A DNA stretch of 32,000 nucleotides from contig NZ_JWID01000007.1 in NCBI RefSeq assembly GCF_001466305.1, positions 10,061 through 42,060 of the forward strand, in the 5' to 3' direction. Position numbers and translations under genes: made by a program. The notes below the pieces were generated by a model. It had not been told where the DNA came from. It saw nothing but the letters and a program-made list of their open reading frames with translations, and searched no databases. This document shows, one piece after another, positions 19,343 to 28,797 of this stretch. This DNA is from Defluviitalea phaphyphila (GTDB taxonomy: Bacteria; Bacillota; Clostridia; Lachnospirales; Defluviitaleaceae). Within the stretch, counting starts at the first letter, position 1. Each line of letters opens with the position of its first letter.

Positions 19343-20899
19343 ATGAGAAGAGCATTAATTAGTGTTTCTGACAAGACTGGTATTGTAGAATTTGCAAAAA
19401 AGATTAATGACTTAGGTTTTGAAATCATTTCAACAGGAGGAACAGCTAAAGTTATAGCTGATGCAGGAATTAAAGTTATTGGTATTTCTGAAATTACTGG
19501 ATTTCCAGAATGTTTAGATGGAAGGGTAAAGACACTTCATCCTAATATTCATGCAGGACTTCTTGCTATTAGAGATAATAAAGAACATATGGAACAATTA
19601 AATAAGTTGAATATTGATACAATTGATTTAGTAGTTGTTAATTTATATCCTTTCAAACAAACCATATTAAAAGATAATGTAACATTAGAAGAAGCTATTG
19701 AAAATATAGATATAGGTGGTCCTACAATGATTAGAGCTGCTGCAAAAAATTATCAAGATGTTACTGTTATAGTAGATCCGAAAGATTATGATAAGGTATT
19801 AGAAGAATTAAATGAAAAAGGAGAAGTTTCAAAGGAAACAAAATTCTATTTAGCATCTAAAGTATTTGAACATACAGCTAGTTATGATACTCTTATAGCT
19901 AATTATCTTAGAAAGCAAAGAAAAGATGAAAGTTTTCCTGATACTATAAGCCTTACTTTTGAAAAAGTACAAGATATGAGATATGGAGAAAATCCTCATC
20001 AAAAAGCTGCTTTTTATAAGGAAATAGGTAAAAATGAAGGATGTTTAAGTTCTGCTATACAACTTCATGGTAAGGAGCTTTCTTTTAATAATATTAATGA
20101 TACGAATGGAGCCTTAGAGCTTCTTAAAGAATTTGAAGAGCCAACCGTAGTAGCTTGTAAACATGCAAATCCTTGTGGAGTAGGAAGTTCAAAAGATATA
20201 TATAGTGCATATATGAAAGCTTATAGTGCGGATCCAGTATCTATATTTGGAGGAATAGTAGTATCAAACGGTGAAATTGATGAAAAAACAGCCATGGAAA
20301 TAAATAAAATTTTTATAGAAATTATAGTTGCTCCATCTTATACGGAAAGTGCATTAAAAATTTTAAAACAAAAGAAAAATATTCGTATTCTTAAACTGGA
20401 TAATATTAGAACAAAGCAGCCTAAAGGAGCTTATGATATTAAAAAAGTAGCAGGAGGCTTACTTATTCAAGATGTAGATAACGTACTTCTTCCAGAAAAA
20501 GAATTAGAAGTAGTTACAAAAAGAAAGCCTACAGAAAAAGAAATGGAAGACTTATTATTTGCTTGGAAAGTAGTAAAATATGCAAAGTCCAATGGTATAG
20601 CAATTGCTAAAAATAAACAATCTTTAGGAGTAGGTCCAGGACAAGTAAATAGAATTTGGGCTTGTAAACAAGCTATAGACCATTGTAAAGAACATCTTGG
20701 TGAGGATATGTTAAAAGAAGCTGCTCTTGCTTCAGACGCTTTTTTCCCATTTTCTGATTGTGTAGAAGAGGCAGCAAAAGCTGGAATTACAGCTATAATT
20801 CAACCAGGAGGTTCTATAAGAGATAAGGAGTCTATAGAAGCTTGTGACAAATATGGAATTGCTATGGTATTTACAGGAATGAGACATTTTAGACATTAA
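19343..20899 (+). CDS. purH: Bifunctional AICAR formyltransferase / IMP cyclohydrolase
   Basis: The N-terminus [32 protein letters not shown] and the C-terminal GMRHFRH are canonical PurH. The ATG at 19343 is preferred over the tracked TTG at 19337 because of its spacing from AAAGGAG. Confidence 0.95.
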   Translation: MRRALISVSDKTGIVEFAKKINDLGFEIISTGGTAKVIADAGIKVIGISEITGFPECLDGRVKTLHPNIHAGLLAIRDNKEHMEQLNKLNIDTIDLVVVNLYPFKQTILKDNVTLEEAIENIDIGGPTMIRAAAKNYQDVTVIVDPKDYDKVLEELNEKGEVSKETKFYLASKVFEHTASYDTLIANYLRKQRKDESFPDTISLTFEKVQDMRYGENPHQKAAFYKEIGKNEGCLSSAIQLHGKELSFNNINDTNGALELLKEFEEPTVVACKHANPCGVGSSKDIYSAYMKAYSADPVSIFGGIVVSNGEIDEKTAMEINKIFIEIIVAPSYTESALKILKQKKNIRILKLDNIRTKQPKGAYDIKKVAGGLLIQDVDNVLLPEKELEVVTKRKPTEKEMEDLLFAWKVVKYAKSNGIAIAKNKQSLGVGPGQVNRIWACKQAIDHCKEHLGEDMLKEAALASDAFFPFSDCVEEAAKAGITAIIQPGGSIRDKESIEACDKYGIAMVFTGMRHFRH

Positions 20900-20910
20900 C
20901 AATAAAAAAA

Positions 20911-20951
20911 GTGCCAATTTTGATTATAAACATCAAAATTGGCACTTTTTT
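20911..20951 (+). terminator. Intrinsic terminator of purH; the arms extend to a roughly 29-nt inverted repeat (20896-20960)
   Basis: GTGCCAATTTTGAT (20911-20924) pairs with ATCAAAATTGGCAC (20932-20945), followed by T6. The A7/T6 flanks extend the symmetry, so it can act bidirectionally. Confidence 0.85.
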
Positions 20952-21090
20952 ATTGTTAAATTAATTTGCTTAAGATAAAAATAGTACAATGTTTTACAAA
21001 TAATTTTAATGTATGAAATATTTTAGGACTATTTTATTTATAAAAATGATTTTACATTTATATCATTTTAATAAAATGTATAAAAAACTA

Positions 21091-21118
21091 TTGCAAAATG
21101 AAAAATATATTGTATAAT
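21091..21118 (+). promoter_or_regulatory. Candidate promoter of the tctCBA-amidohydrolase cluster
   Basis: TTGCAA (21091-21096), 16-nt spacer, TATAAT (21113-21118) preceded by TG. It would give a leader of about 200 nt. Other -10-like hexamers exist in this AT-rich spacer. Confidence 0.3.
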
Positions 21119-21321
21119 GATTATAAGATTATAATTTATAATTTATAAATAGTAATAAATTTACAATAATTTTTATATAATATTACTTAATAACGAGAGG
21201 TGATAGATAAAAATATTAATAGAATATAAATAAAAAGTTTAGAAAATGTTTTACAAAGAAATAAAAGGGTAAAACCTTTTATATAAAAAACTTTAATTAA
21301 TTTAAACAGGGGGAAATTAAA

Positions 21322-22353
21322 ATGAAAACTTTAAAAAGAATTTTAGTTTCAGCAACAATAATATCTATATTAATGACTGCAATAGTAGGATGTAGTAATA
21401 GCACGACTAGTAATGATACATCTACTAACAGTACAGGGAATGAAACAAATGAAACAGATTCAGCAAAAAACGAATTTCCAGAAAAGACTATAGAAATTAT
21501 CGTTCCTTTTGGTGCTGGTGGGGGTGCAGATATTTCTGTACGTAATTTAGCCAAATATGCAGAAAAAGAATTAGGACAAACAATTATAATAAATAATGTT
21601 ACTGGAGGAAGTGGTACTGTAGGGTTAACTCAATTATCACAAGCGAAAGCAGATGGTTATAAATTAGGATACTTTGCAAGTACTAATTCTAATGATAATT
21701 TATTATTTGAAGGTATTACTTATGATGTAGATTCTTTTAAACCCATTATTATTTTTTCAGCAGACCCTCATATTATCGTAGCAAGTAAAAAATCTGGAAT
21801 AACTAACATGGAAGAATTAAAAGCAAAGGCTGCTGAAAATGAAGAGTCAGTTTCTCTTGGTTTAGGTGGTGCTTGGACTAGTCACGATTTTTTAAGAATG
21901 TCATTAGAAGAAGAGTTAGATGTTAAATTTAAACGTGTAGTTTATCAAGGTGGTGCAGGAGCAGTAACAGCAGTTGCCAATGGAGATTGTGATGTAGCGG
22001 TACCTTTTGTATCTGAAGCTATAGCTCAGATTGAAGCAGGAAATATTGTGCCTATTGCTATAACTAGTGATGAACGATTTGAATTAGTTCCTGATATTCC
22101 AACAATTAAGGAGCAAGGATTTGATTATACTCATGTTATGTGGAGAGCAATTGTTGCTCCAGCAGGAACTCCAGATGAAGTTGTTGAAATTTTAGCTGAT
22201 GCTTTTGAAGCTGCATACGAAAATCCAGAATATCAAGAAGCAGCAAAAGAATCAGGTGTATTTTCTAAATTGATGGTAGGAGAAGAACTTGACAATTTTT
22301 ATTTAGTAAATCATGAGAAGTATAGGAGAATGATTGAAAGCGGCATAGAATAA
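21322..22353 (+). CDS. tctC: Tripartite tricarboxylate transporter substrate-binding lipoprotein (TctC/Bug family)
   Basis: 343 aa. Signal peptide with lipobox AIVGC, an S/T/N-rich linker, then the Bug-family core: PEKTIEIIVPFGAGGGADISVRNLAKY..., NVTGGSGTVG, VVYQGGAGAVTAV. Confidence 0.8.
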   Translation: MKTLKRILVSATIISILMTAIVGCSNSTTSNDTSTNSTGNETNETDSAKNEFPEKTIEIIVPFGAGGGADISVRNLAKYAEKELGQTIIINNVTGGSGTVGLTQLSQAKADGYKLGYFASTNSNDNLLFEGITYDVDSFKPIIIFSADPHIIVASKKSGITNMEELKAKAAENEESVSLGLGGAWTSHDFLRMSLEEELDVKFKRVVYQGGAGAVTAVANGDCDVAVPFVSEAIAQIEAGNIVPIAITSDERFELVPDIPTIKEQGFDYTHVMWRAIVAPAGTPDEVVEILADAFEAAYENPEYQEAAKESGVFSKLMVGEELDNFYLVNHEKYRRMIESGIE

Positions 22354-22451
22354 ATACATAATATTATATTTTATTTACTAATTACTAAAAAATAGAAAAT
22401 AAAAAGATTATTCATAAACTACTTGCTTATTTATGATAGGGGAAATTATTT

Positions 22452-22910
22452 ATGGTTAATTTTAAGAAACTTTCAGTTGATATTATTATTAGCATTAGTA
22501 TTTTTTTAATATTAATTGCTTTTGCTTTAAATTTTGGGGGGATGCCAGCTGAAGCAAAGGGATACCCCATTTTTCTTATTACTTGTTCTGCTATTTTAAA
22601 TCTTTTTTACCTTTATAGGTCAATTAAAAACTACAAAAAAAATGAAAATAAGACAATTAAAAAAGATATAAGTAAGTTTTATAAAAAAATTTTTATATAT
22701 ATTATCATGATAGGTATTTACATATTTGTTATAGATAAAATAGGTTATATTATATCAACAATATTATTTATAATTATTTCACTATTATTTTTAAAAGTAA
22801 GAAATAAAGTTGTCTTAATTTTACTACCTATTATTACAACAGCATTGATGTACTTTTTATTTACTAAGTTCTTAATGGTAATATTACCTTCAGGAATATG
22901 GTTATTCTGA
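22452..22910 (+). CDS. tctB: Small membrane subunit of the TTT transporter (TctB-like)
   Basis: 152 aa with four hydrophobic helices, located between the tctC-like and tctA-like genes. The call rests on size, topology and position rather than on motifs. Confidence 0.6.
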   Translation: MVNFKKLSVDIIISISIFLILIAFALNFGGMPAEAKGYPIFLITCSAILNLFYLYRSIKNYKKNENKTIKKDISKFYKKIFIYIIMIGIYIFVIDKIGYIISTILFIIISLLFLKVRNKVVLILLPIITTALMYFLFTKFLMVILPSGIWLF

Positions 22911-22925
22911 TCAACTCAGATAGGA

Positions 22926-24422
22926 GTGTTTAATTTGTTTGAAAGTATTTTATTAGGGATTAGTAATGTATTTGAACCTTTTAATTTATTAATGTGCATT
23001 GTTGGTTTATTTATTGGGGTTTTATTTGGAGCATTACCAGGCTTTTCGGCTACAATGGGAGTTGCAGTATTTATACCTTTTTCTTATGTAATGGAACCGG
23101 AAGCAGCCATGTTATTATTAGCAGGTATTTATTGTGGTGGAGTATATGGTGGTACTATTCCTGCTATTTTAATAGGGATACCAGGAACACCAGCTTCTGC
23201 ACCTACTGCTTTAGAAGGGCAGGCTATGACTAAAAAAGGAGAGTCAGGTAAAAGTTTACTTCTTGCAACTATAGGTTCAACAATTGGAGGAGTAATTAGT
23301 TCCTTAGCATTATTGTTTGGAGCTCCAGCTCTTGCAATTATTGCAATGAAAGTGGGGTCTCCAGAACAAGCTATGGTTGCAATATTTGGATTAAGTGTTG
23401 TATGTATGTTGTCTTATGATAACATGTTAAAAGGATTATTAGTAGGATTTATTAGTTTAGTAGTAGCGACTATTGGACAAGACCCTGTTATGGGATATCC
23501 TCGCTTTACATTTGGTATGTACCAACTAATAGGCGGTATTGATGTAGTATCTGTTTTAATTGGTATATTTTCTATTCCACAAGTGCTTATTATGTTGGAA
23601 AATCTCAATAAAGATGATAATAAAGTTAATAAATTAAGTAAGTTAAAAATTACAGCAAAAGATATTACAAGTAATATTGTGAATTTTATTCGTTCTTCTA
23701 TTATAGGAGTAGCTATAGGTATTATTCCTGCCGCTGGACCAGATATTGCTTCATTTTTTTCTTATAATGAAGCGAAGAAAGCTTCAAAAAGTCCCGAAAA
23801 ATTTGGGAACGGATCAGAAGAAGGGATTATTGCTTCAGAAACTGCAAATAATGCAGTTACTGGTGGTTCTCTTATACCACTTTTAACATTGGCTATTCCA
23901 GGAAGTGCTCCTGCTGCACTTTTTTTAGGGGCTATGATAATTCATGGACTTCGTCCAGGTCCCTTATTATTTACTCAAAATGCTAAAGAAATTTATACAT
24001 TATTAGTAGGATTTCTTGTTATCAATATATGTATGTTTTTTGTTGGGTATATTTATTGTAAAATGGCAGGGAAAATTCTTTTAATACCTAATGCTATATT
24101 ATGTACTATTATAGTAGTATTAGCTACAGTAGGTTCATTTTCAATTAATCAAAATATATTTGATGTTATTGTTATGTATATTTCAGGAATTATTGGATAT
24201 ATAATGGTGAAGAATGATTTCCCAACTTCACCAGTGGCTTTGGCACTACTTTTAGGTCCTATTTTGGAAGAAAATTTAGTACAAGTAAAAACACTTTTTG
24301 GCGATAATTTATTAATATTATTTACTCGTCCTTTATTTACAATATTCTTTTGTTTTACAATATTTTCTTACGCATTTCCATTTATAAAAAATATGAAAAG
24401 AAAAAAGATTGTTGAAAGGTAG
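22926..24422 (+). CDS. tctA: Large membrane subunit of the TTT transporter (TctA family)
   Basis: 498 aa. The N-terminal N.F.P.NLL...G...G...GALPG(F/L)S pattern and the IPGTPASAPT motif are typical of TctA. The true start may be the TTG at 22935, because the GTG at 22926 abuts the AGGAG. Confidence 0.85.
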   Translation: MFNLFESILLGISNVFEPFNLLMCIVGLFIGVLFGALPGFSATMGVAVFIPFSYVMEPEAAMLLLAGIYCGGVYGGTIPAILIGIPGTPASAPTALEGQAMTKKGESGKSLLLATIGSTIGGVISSLALLFGAPALAIIAMKVGSPEQAMVAIFGLSVVCMLSYDNMLKGLLVGFISLVVATIGQDPVMGYPRFTFGMYQLIGGIDVVSVLIGIFSIPQVLIMLENLNKDDNKVNKLSKLKITAKDITSNIVNFIRSSIIGVAIGIIPAAGPDIASFFSYNEAKKASKSPEKFGNGSEEGIIASETANNAVTGGSLIPLLTLAIPGSAPAALFLGAMIIHGLRPGPLLFTQNAKEIYTLLVGFLVINICMFFVGYIYCKMAGKILLIPNAILCTIIVVLATVGSFSINQNIFDVIVMYISGIIGYIMVKNDFPTSPVALALLLGPILEENLVQVKTLFGDNLLILFTRPLFTIFFCFTIFSYAFPFIKNMKRKKIVER

Positions 24423-24429
24423 AAGTTAT

Positions 24430-25617
24430 ATGGATAAAAAAGCGATATTTGCAAGTCGTATGCTTTTAGGGAAAGAATTAGATATTAAAGAAAATTGGTG
24501 TATACTTATTAAAGGGGAAACAATTATAGATATATTACCTCAATCTTCATTATCAAACATGGAATATGAGGGCTGGGAAATTATTGATTTAGGAAATGTC
24601 ACTTTAATGCCTGGTATGATAGATTGTCATAATCATCTGGCTTTAGACGCAAGATTAAAAAATCATCTTGAAATGATGAATAAAAGTGCTGTTGAATTGA
24701 CTTTATTAGGAGTTAATTCGGCACAAGATGATTTAATGTCTGGAGTAACTACTGCACGTTATATGGGAGACCGATTTTACATGGATATTATTTTTAGAAG
24801 AGAGATTGAATTGGGAAATTTAATTGGTCCTCATATTTTGGCTTCTGGTATAGGGATGAGAGCTTTACATGGACATGGATATGTAGGAATGCCATTTACA
24901 GGAGTAGATGAATTTAGGAAAGCTACTCGTGAAAATATGGCGCAAGGTGTAGATTTATTAAAAATTTTTGTTACTGGAGGAACATTACCAGAAAAAGGGG
25001 AATACATTCCTTGTTATATGACGTTAGAAGAAATAAGTACAGTGGTAAAAGAAGGAAGAGCTTTGGGATTAAAAACTTCAGCACATTGTATTGGTGGACA
25101 AGGACTTAAAAATTGTATAAAGGCTGGAGTAGATATAATAGAACATGCATATGCAATAACAGAAGAAGAAGTAGAATTAATAAAAAAAGAAGATCGTTGG
25201 ATTGATTTAACTCCCGGTATATTTATGGATGAAAGTCGTGAACAATTTTTATCTCCTAAAAGTGCAGAAAAAATAAGGAAACAACGAAATCAAGTAATAG
25301 AATGTTTAAAACGTGTGATAAAAGGTAATGTAAAATTTACTTTAGGGTCAGATGCTTATCATACTTATTTGTATAGAGAAGTAGAATATGCAGTAGAATT
25401 AGGAGCGGATTCTAAAAAAGCTATTCAGGGCGTTACTAGCAATGCGGCTTTAATGCTTGGAATAGAAACAGAAACTGGAAGTTTAAGCAAAGGATTAAGG
25501 GCAGATATTATAGCTGTGGAAGGAAATCCGTTAGAAGATGTCTCTCTTTTATCAAAAGTAAAATTTGTAATGAAATCAGGAAAAATTTTTAAAAATATAG
25601 TTAAGAACGGTATATAA
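24430..25617 (+). CDS. Amidohydrolase-superfamily metal-dependent hydrolase (imidazolonepropionase-related, COG1228-like)
   Basis: The metal-ligand pattern is visible: MPGMIDCHNHL, LKIFVTGG, SAHCIG, IEHAY, LGSDAY, ending ADIIAVEGNPLEDV. The ATG at 24430 is preferred. The tracked ORF start at 24409 overlaps the tctA stop at 24420-24422. Confidence 0.8.
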   Translation: MDKKAIFASRMLLGKELDIKENWCILIKGETIIDILPQSSLSNMEYEGWEIIDLGNVTLMPGMIDCHNHLALDARLKNHLEMMNKSAVELTLLGVNSAQDDLMSGVTTARYMGDRFYMDIIFRREIELGNLIGPHILASGIGMRALHGHGYVGMPFTGVDEFRKATRENMAQGVDLLKIFVTGGTLPEKGEYIPCYMTLEEISTVVKEGRALGLKTSAHCIGGQGLKNCIKAGVDIIEHAYAITEEEVELIKKEDRWIDLTPGIFMDESREQFLSPKSAEKIRKQRNQVIECLKRVIKGNVKFTLGSDAYHTYLYREVEYAVELGADSKKAIQGVTSNAALMLGIETETGSLSKGLRADIIAVEGNPLEDVSLLSKVKFVMKSGKIFKNIVKNGI

Positions 25618-25665
25618 AAATTATCAATACAAATATATAAAATAAGTTTAAGTATTATTAAAAAT

Positions 25666-25712
25666 TAAAAAGTCGTCGATTTTGAGTGTTTTAATCAAAA
25701 TCGACGATTTTT
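25666..25712. terminator. Bidirectional intrinsic terminator between convergent genes
   Basis: TCGTCGATTTTGA (25673-25685) pairs with TCAAAATCGACGA (25695-25707). It is flanked by A5 upstream and T5 downstream. Confidence 0.8.
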
Positions 25713-25747
25713 GATAAGAAATAATTTAGGAGGTATTATAAAAAGTG

Positions 25748-26155
25748 TTAATTTTGATTTAAAGCTTCTTTAATACCATTTAATAAAATAGAAAATGTTT
25801 CTGGTGCTTCTTCAAAAGGAGTAATATCTAGTACTTGTTTTTTAGTAATTTCTTTATTTAAGTAGGCCATAGTAGGCTCAACAAGAGGATACATATTTGC
25901 CATATCTTCATTAAAGTCTTTTAATGCAACAGATTTAATTTTATTGTCTTCAATTATGACGGAAACATTAAAGTTTGCATAATCTAATTCTATGGGACTA
26001 GTGTAAACTCCTGCTTCATACATTGCAGCGGTGTGTTTTTGGTGAGGAATAAATTGGAAAATAAGTATAAGAAGTAGGATAAATCCAATAATAGCAAATA
26101 AAGATGTATAAAGAACTTCCTTTAATTTAAAAACAACTATTTTAGTAGAAGACAT
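25748..26155 (-). CDS. Small membrane-anchored protein with a degenerate FMN_bind-like ectodomain (hypothetical)
   Basis: 135 aa with one N-terminal TM helix (LFAIIGFILLLILIFQFI). The segment GVYTSPIELDYANFNVSVIIEDNKIKSV follows the FMN_bind fold pattern but lacks the GAT(S/T) flavinylation motif. It is probably co-transcribed with the upstream ATPase gene. Confidence 0.45.
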   Translation of the reverse strand: MSSTKIVVFKLKEVLYTSLFAIIGFILLLILIFQFIPHQKHTAAMYEAGVYTSPIELDYANFNVSVIIEDNKIKSVALKDFNEDMANMYPLVEPTMAYLNKEITKKQVLDITPFEEAPETFSILLNGIKEALNQN

Positions 26156-26266
26156 ATAAAGCCTCCTTTATATTAGTAATTACAATGTTATATATATGAA
26201 GAAATTTTTAAAATATGTGTTAAAAATACTAAATAATAAAATTATTTTATATTTTTAAATTAGATA

Positions 26267-27373
26267 TTATGAATTTTTTTCTATAGATAAAATATCTTCA
26301 ATTGTGTCTTTAATAAGTTCATTAATTTTTTTGAAGTTCATATTTGGGATATAATATTTTTCCATTTCATCATGAGCTTTTTTTGCTTCCTTAATTATGA
26401 CAATTGCTTTTTGTAAAAGGTCATCAAATAATTTTATATCTCTGTCAATTTCAGATTTAAGATGTTTATACATTGCTTTATTAAAGAAAGAAGTAAAGTC
26501 AAGTATATTAGTAGGAGATACACAAGCTTTATGATAATTATTAACTACTGTAATAGCAGTATCAAGTTCTGGGATAATAATATCTTCTATCTTATCTATA
26601 TCGATAGGAGAATGATAACATTCTACATTTAAACCTCTTATTAAAGCTTCTTTATATATTTTCTTCATTATACTTTTTGCAGAAGAACCGGGAGAATCTT
26701 TAATCATATATATTTTTTTTGTATTTCCTATTATAGTATTAAGATATTCAACTAATCCATTAGGAGTTATAGCTGCTCCAAACAAATGTCTATCTTTTCC
26801 TAATTTTTTTGCTATAGGATAATCTTTATATATTGAATTTATAATATTATTAGCCTTAAAATTAGCTTTTGCTTCATCGAAAGCCAAGTTTTCTGTATTA
26901 GCTGCTGATTTATATATTACATAGGAAGCTTTTAAATAATTGTATGCTTTTTGAAATAATCTCCCTATTTCTTTATTAATATTCATTATTTTGTCTTTAT
27001 TTTCACGAATTTTTTCTTCATTCCAATAATCTCCTAGGTTTAAAATCTTATCTATTGCTCCAGGATTAATAGGGTCGACAACATGAGGAGATGTTCCATC
27101 TAAAATAGCTACTTTAAGTTTTGGAATGACTAGTCCATCTAAAGAATTATTGTCAGATGAACAATGATGATGTTCTAAGTCATATCCTAAGTTAAAAAAA
27201 TATTCACTTATTTTTTTCATAAATGAAGATTTTCCTACTCCAGGTCCTCCTTTAATTATAATAATTTTATTAGCTTCTTCTTGGAATAAAATATTATCAT
27301 AAAATGATACAAATCCTTTTGGAGTATTTCCTCCAGGGAAAACATGTTTTATTATTGCTTTATTTTCCTTCAT
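26267..27373 (-). CDS. Uncharacterised P-loop NTPase
   Basis: 368 aa. Walker A motif GGPGVGKSS after an N-terminal HVFPGGNTPKGFVSFYDNI segment. GGAGGA RBS. I cannot assign a function from sequence. Confidence 0.6.
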   Translation of the reverse strand: MKENKAIIKHVFPGGNTPKGFVSFYDNILFQEEANKIIIIKGGPGVGKSSFMKKISEYFFNLGYDLEHHHCSSDNNSLDGLVIPKLKVAILDGTSPHVVDPINPGAIDKILNLGDYWNEEKIRENKDKIMNINKEIGRLFQKAYNYLKASYVIYKSAANTENLAFDEAKANFKANNIINSIYKDYPIAKKLGKDRHLFGAAITPNGLVEYLNTIIGNTKKIYMIKDSPGSSAKSIMKKIYKEALIRGLNVECYHSPIDIDKIEDIIIPELDTAITVVNNYHKACVSPTNILDFTSFFNKAMYKHLKSEIDRDIKLFDDLLQKAIVIIKEAKKAHDEMEKYYIPNMNFKKINELIKDTIEDILSIEKNS

Positions 27374-27531
27374 ATATTTCTTTGTTCCTCCATAATTTAA
27401 ACCTTACTTAATATTTATGTTTAATAAAAATTTTTATGTAAAAAATATATATTTAAAAAATTAGATAATTACAAAAAATAAATTCAAAATATTAATATTT
27501 ATAAATAAAAATTCCTGCATTAATACATCAT

Positions 27532-27577
27532 GAAAAATGTTGTAATACATAACATGTTATATATTACAACATTTTTC
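27532..27577 (-). terminator. Near-perfect 46-nt palindrome downstream of spo0A (terminator hairpin)
   Basis: GAAAAATGTTGTAAT (27532-27546) pairs with ATTACAACATTTTTC (27563-27577). The intervening 16 nt contain the perfect palindrome ATAACATGTTAT, so only one mismatch interrupts a stem of about 22 bp. Confidence 0.65.
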
Positions 27578-27605
27578 CAAAATATGAGAAGGAATTAATT
27601 GAACT

Positions 27606-28412
27606 TCATCCAATTTTGAGATTAAGCCTTAATCTATCTGCTATAAGAGCAATAAATTCACTATTAGTTGGTTTTCCTTTATTATTGTTAATAGTATAAC
27701 TAAATAGTTTATGCATTGTATCAACACTACCACGGTTACAAGCTACTTCGATAGCATGTCTAATAGCTCTTTCTACACGACTTGAAGTTGTATTAAATTT
27801 TTTAGCAATAGAAGGATATAACTCTTTTGTAATACTATTTAAAATATCCATATTATTTACAGCCATAGTTATTGCATAACGAAGATAATGATAGCCTCTT
27901 ATATTTGCAGGGACTCCTATTTCACGAAGTATATATGTAACTTCACTTTCTAATTGGTATGGATTAGGTTTTATAAAAGAATTAGCATTTTCTAAGCTTT
28001 GGGAATGTTTTTCAGTTATTTTAGATATAGGAGAAAGATTAGTTAATTGTCTGATTCTAAGCATTAATGTTTCCATATCAAAAGGTTTAGCAATATAGTA
28101 TTCAGCTCCTAGTCGTAAAGCTTTTTGTGTAACTCTGTCTTGATTGACTGCAGATAACATAATACATACAGGTGATTTTGATATAGAAGAAGAATGAAGT
28201 TTTTCTAGTACACCTAATCCATCTAAACGAGGCATTATAGTATCTAATATGACAACATCAGGCTTTTTTTCTACAATCATATCATAAGCTTCTAATCCAT
28301 CTTTAGCCACGCCTATAACCTTCATATCGTTTTGCTTTTTAAAATAATCCTTAAGTATTTCGCAGAATTCCTTATTATCATCTGCAAGTAAAACATTAAT
28401 ACAATTTTTCAC
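27606..28412 (-). CDS. spo0A: Sporulation master regulator Spo0A
   Basis: Receiver domain: [34 protein letters not shown]. The C-terminal Spo0A-specific DNA-binding domain includes [49 protein letters not shown] and [12 protein letters not shown]. The start is reassigned to the GTG at 28412, after the AAAGGGGA RBS. The 24-codon N-terminal extension in the tracked ORF is unlikely. Confidence 0.93.
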   Translation of the reverse strand: MKNCINVLLADDNKEFCEILKDYFKKQNDMKVIGVAKDGLEAYDMIVEKKPDVVILDTIMPRLDGLGVLEKLHSSSISKSPVCIMLSAVNQDRVTQKALRLGAEYYIAKPFDMETLMLRIRQLTNLSPISKITEKHSQSLENANSFIKPNPYQLESEVTYILREIGVPANIRGYHYLRYAITMAVNNMDILNSITKELYPSIAKKFNTTSSRVERAIRHAIEVACNRGSVDTMHKLFSYTINNNKGKPTNSEFIALIADRLRLNLKIG

Positions 28413-28513
28413 AATATATCCCCTTTCTAATTTGTCATTTAAAGTTTTTTGAATAAATAAATATAGTAATAGATGTAAAAACATAGCACGAAAAACAACT
28501 GTTACAATAATGA

Positions 28514-28541
28514 ATTATACCATAAATGTAAAAAAATTCAA
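28514..28541 (-). promoter_or_regulatory. Candidate extended -10 sigma-A promoter upstream of spo0A
   Basis: The minus strand reads TTGAAT-16 nt-TATAAT with TGg immediately upstream of the -10, about 100 nt upstream of the GTG start. Confidence 0.4.
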
Positions 28542-28797
28542 TTAAAAAATTGCGATTTTTAATTTTTTTTAATGGATATAAATTAAAAGTGTGGATTAAA
28601 AGGTAATTCGAAAGAATTTTAATAAATATATTAAGACAAAAATAAAGTATTCTTATAAAAATAGTAAAAAGTTTTCTAATATTGTATATTAGAATAATAT
28701 ATATTAAGTATTTAAAAATATATGTAGATTTTTAATATGTTTATAACTATAATATATATAGAAATAAAGAGTTAAATTTGTTTTGAGGAGGAGCGAT

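Noticed and set aside
21270-21296. Hairpin AAAAGG-GTAAAA-CCTTTT in the tctC leader as a possible attenuator or riboswitch terminator
   Set aside because: It is followed by A-rich rather than T-rich sequence on the plus strand. The stem is only 6 bp of A/T-rich pairs, and I see no alternative structure or conserved aptamer-like motif.
28413-28484. The 24-codon N-terminal extension of the spo0A ORF ([24 protein letters not shown])
   Set aside because: It has no RBS. The GTG at 28412 follows AAAGGGGA and gives the canonical short Spo0A N-terminus directly before the receiver domain.
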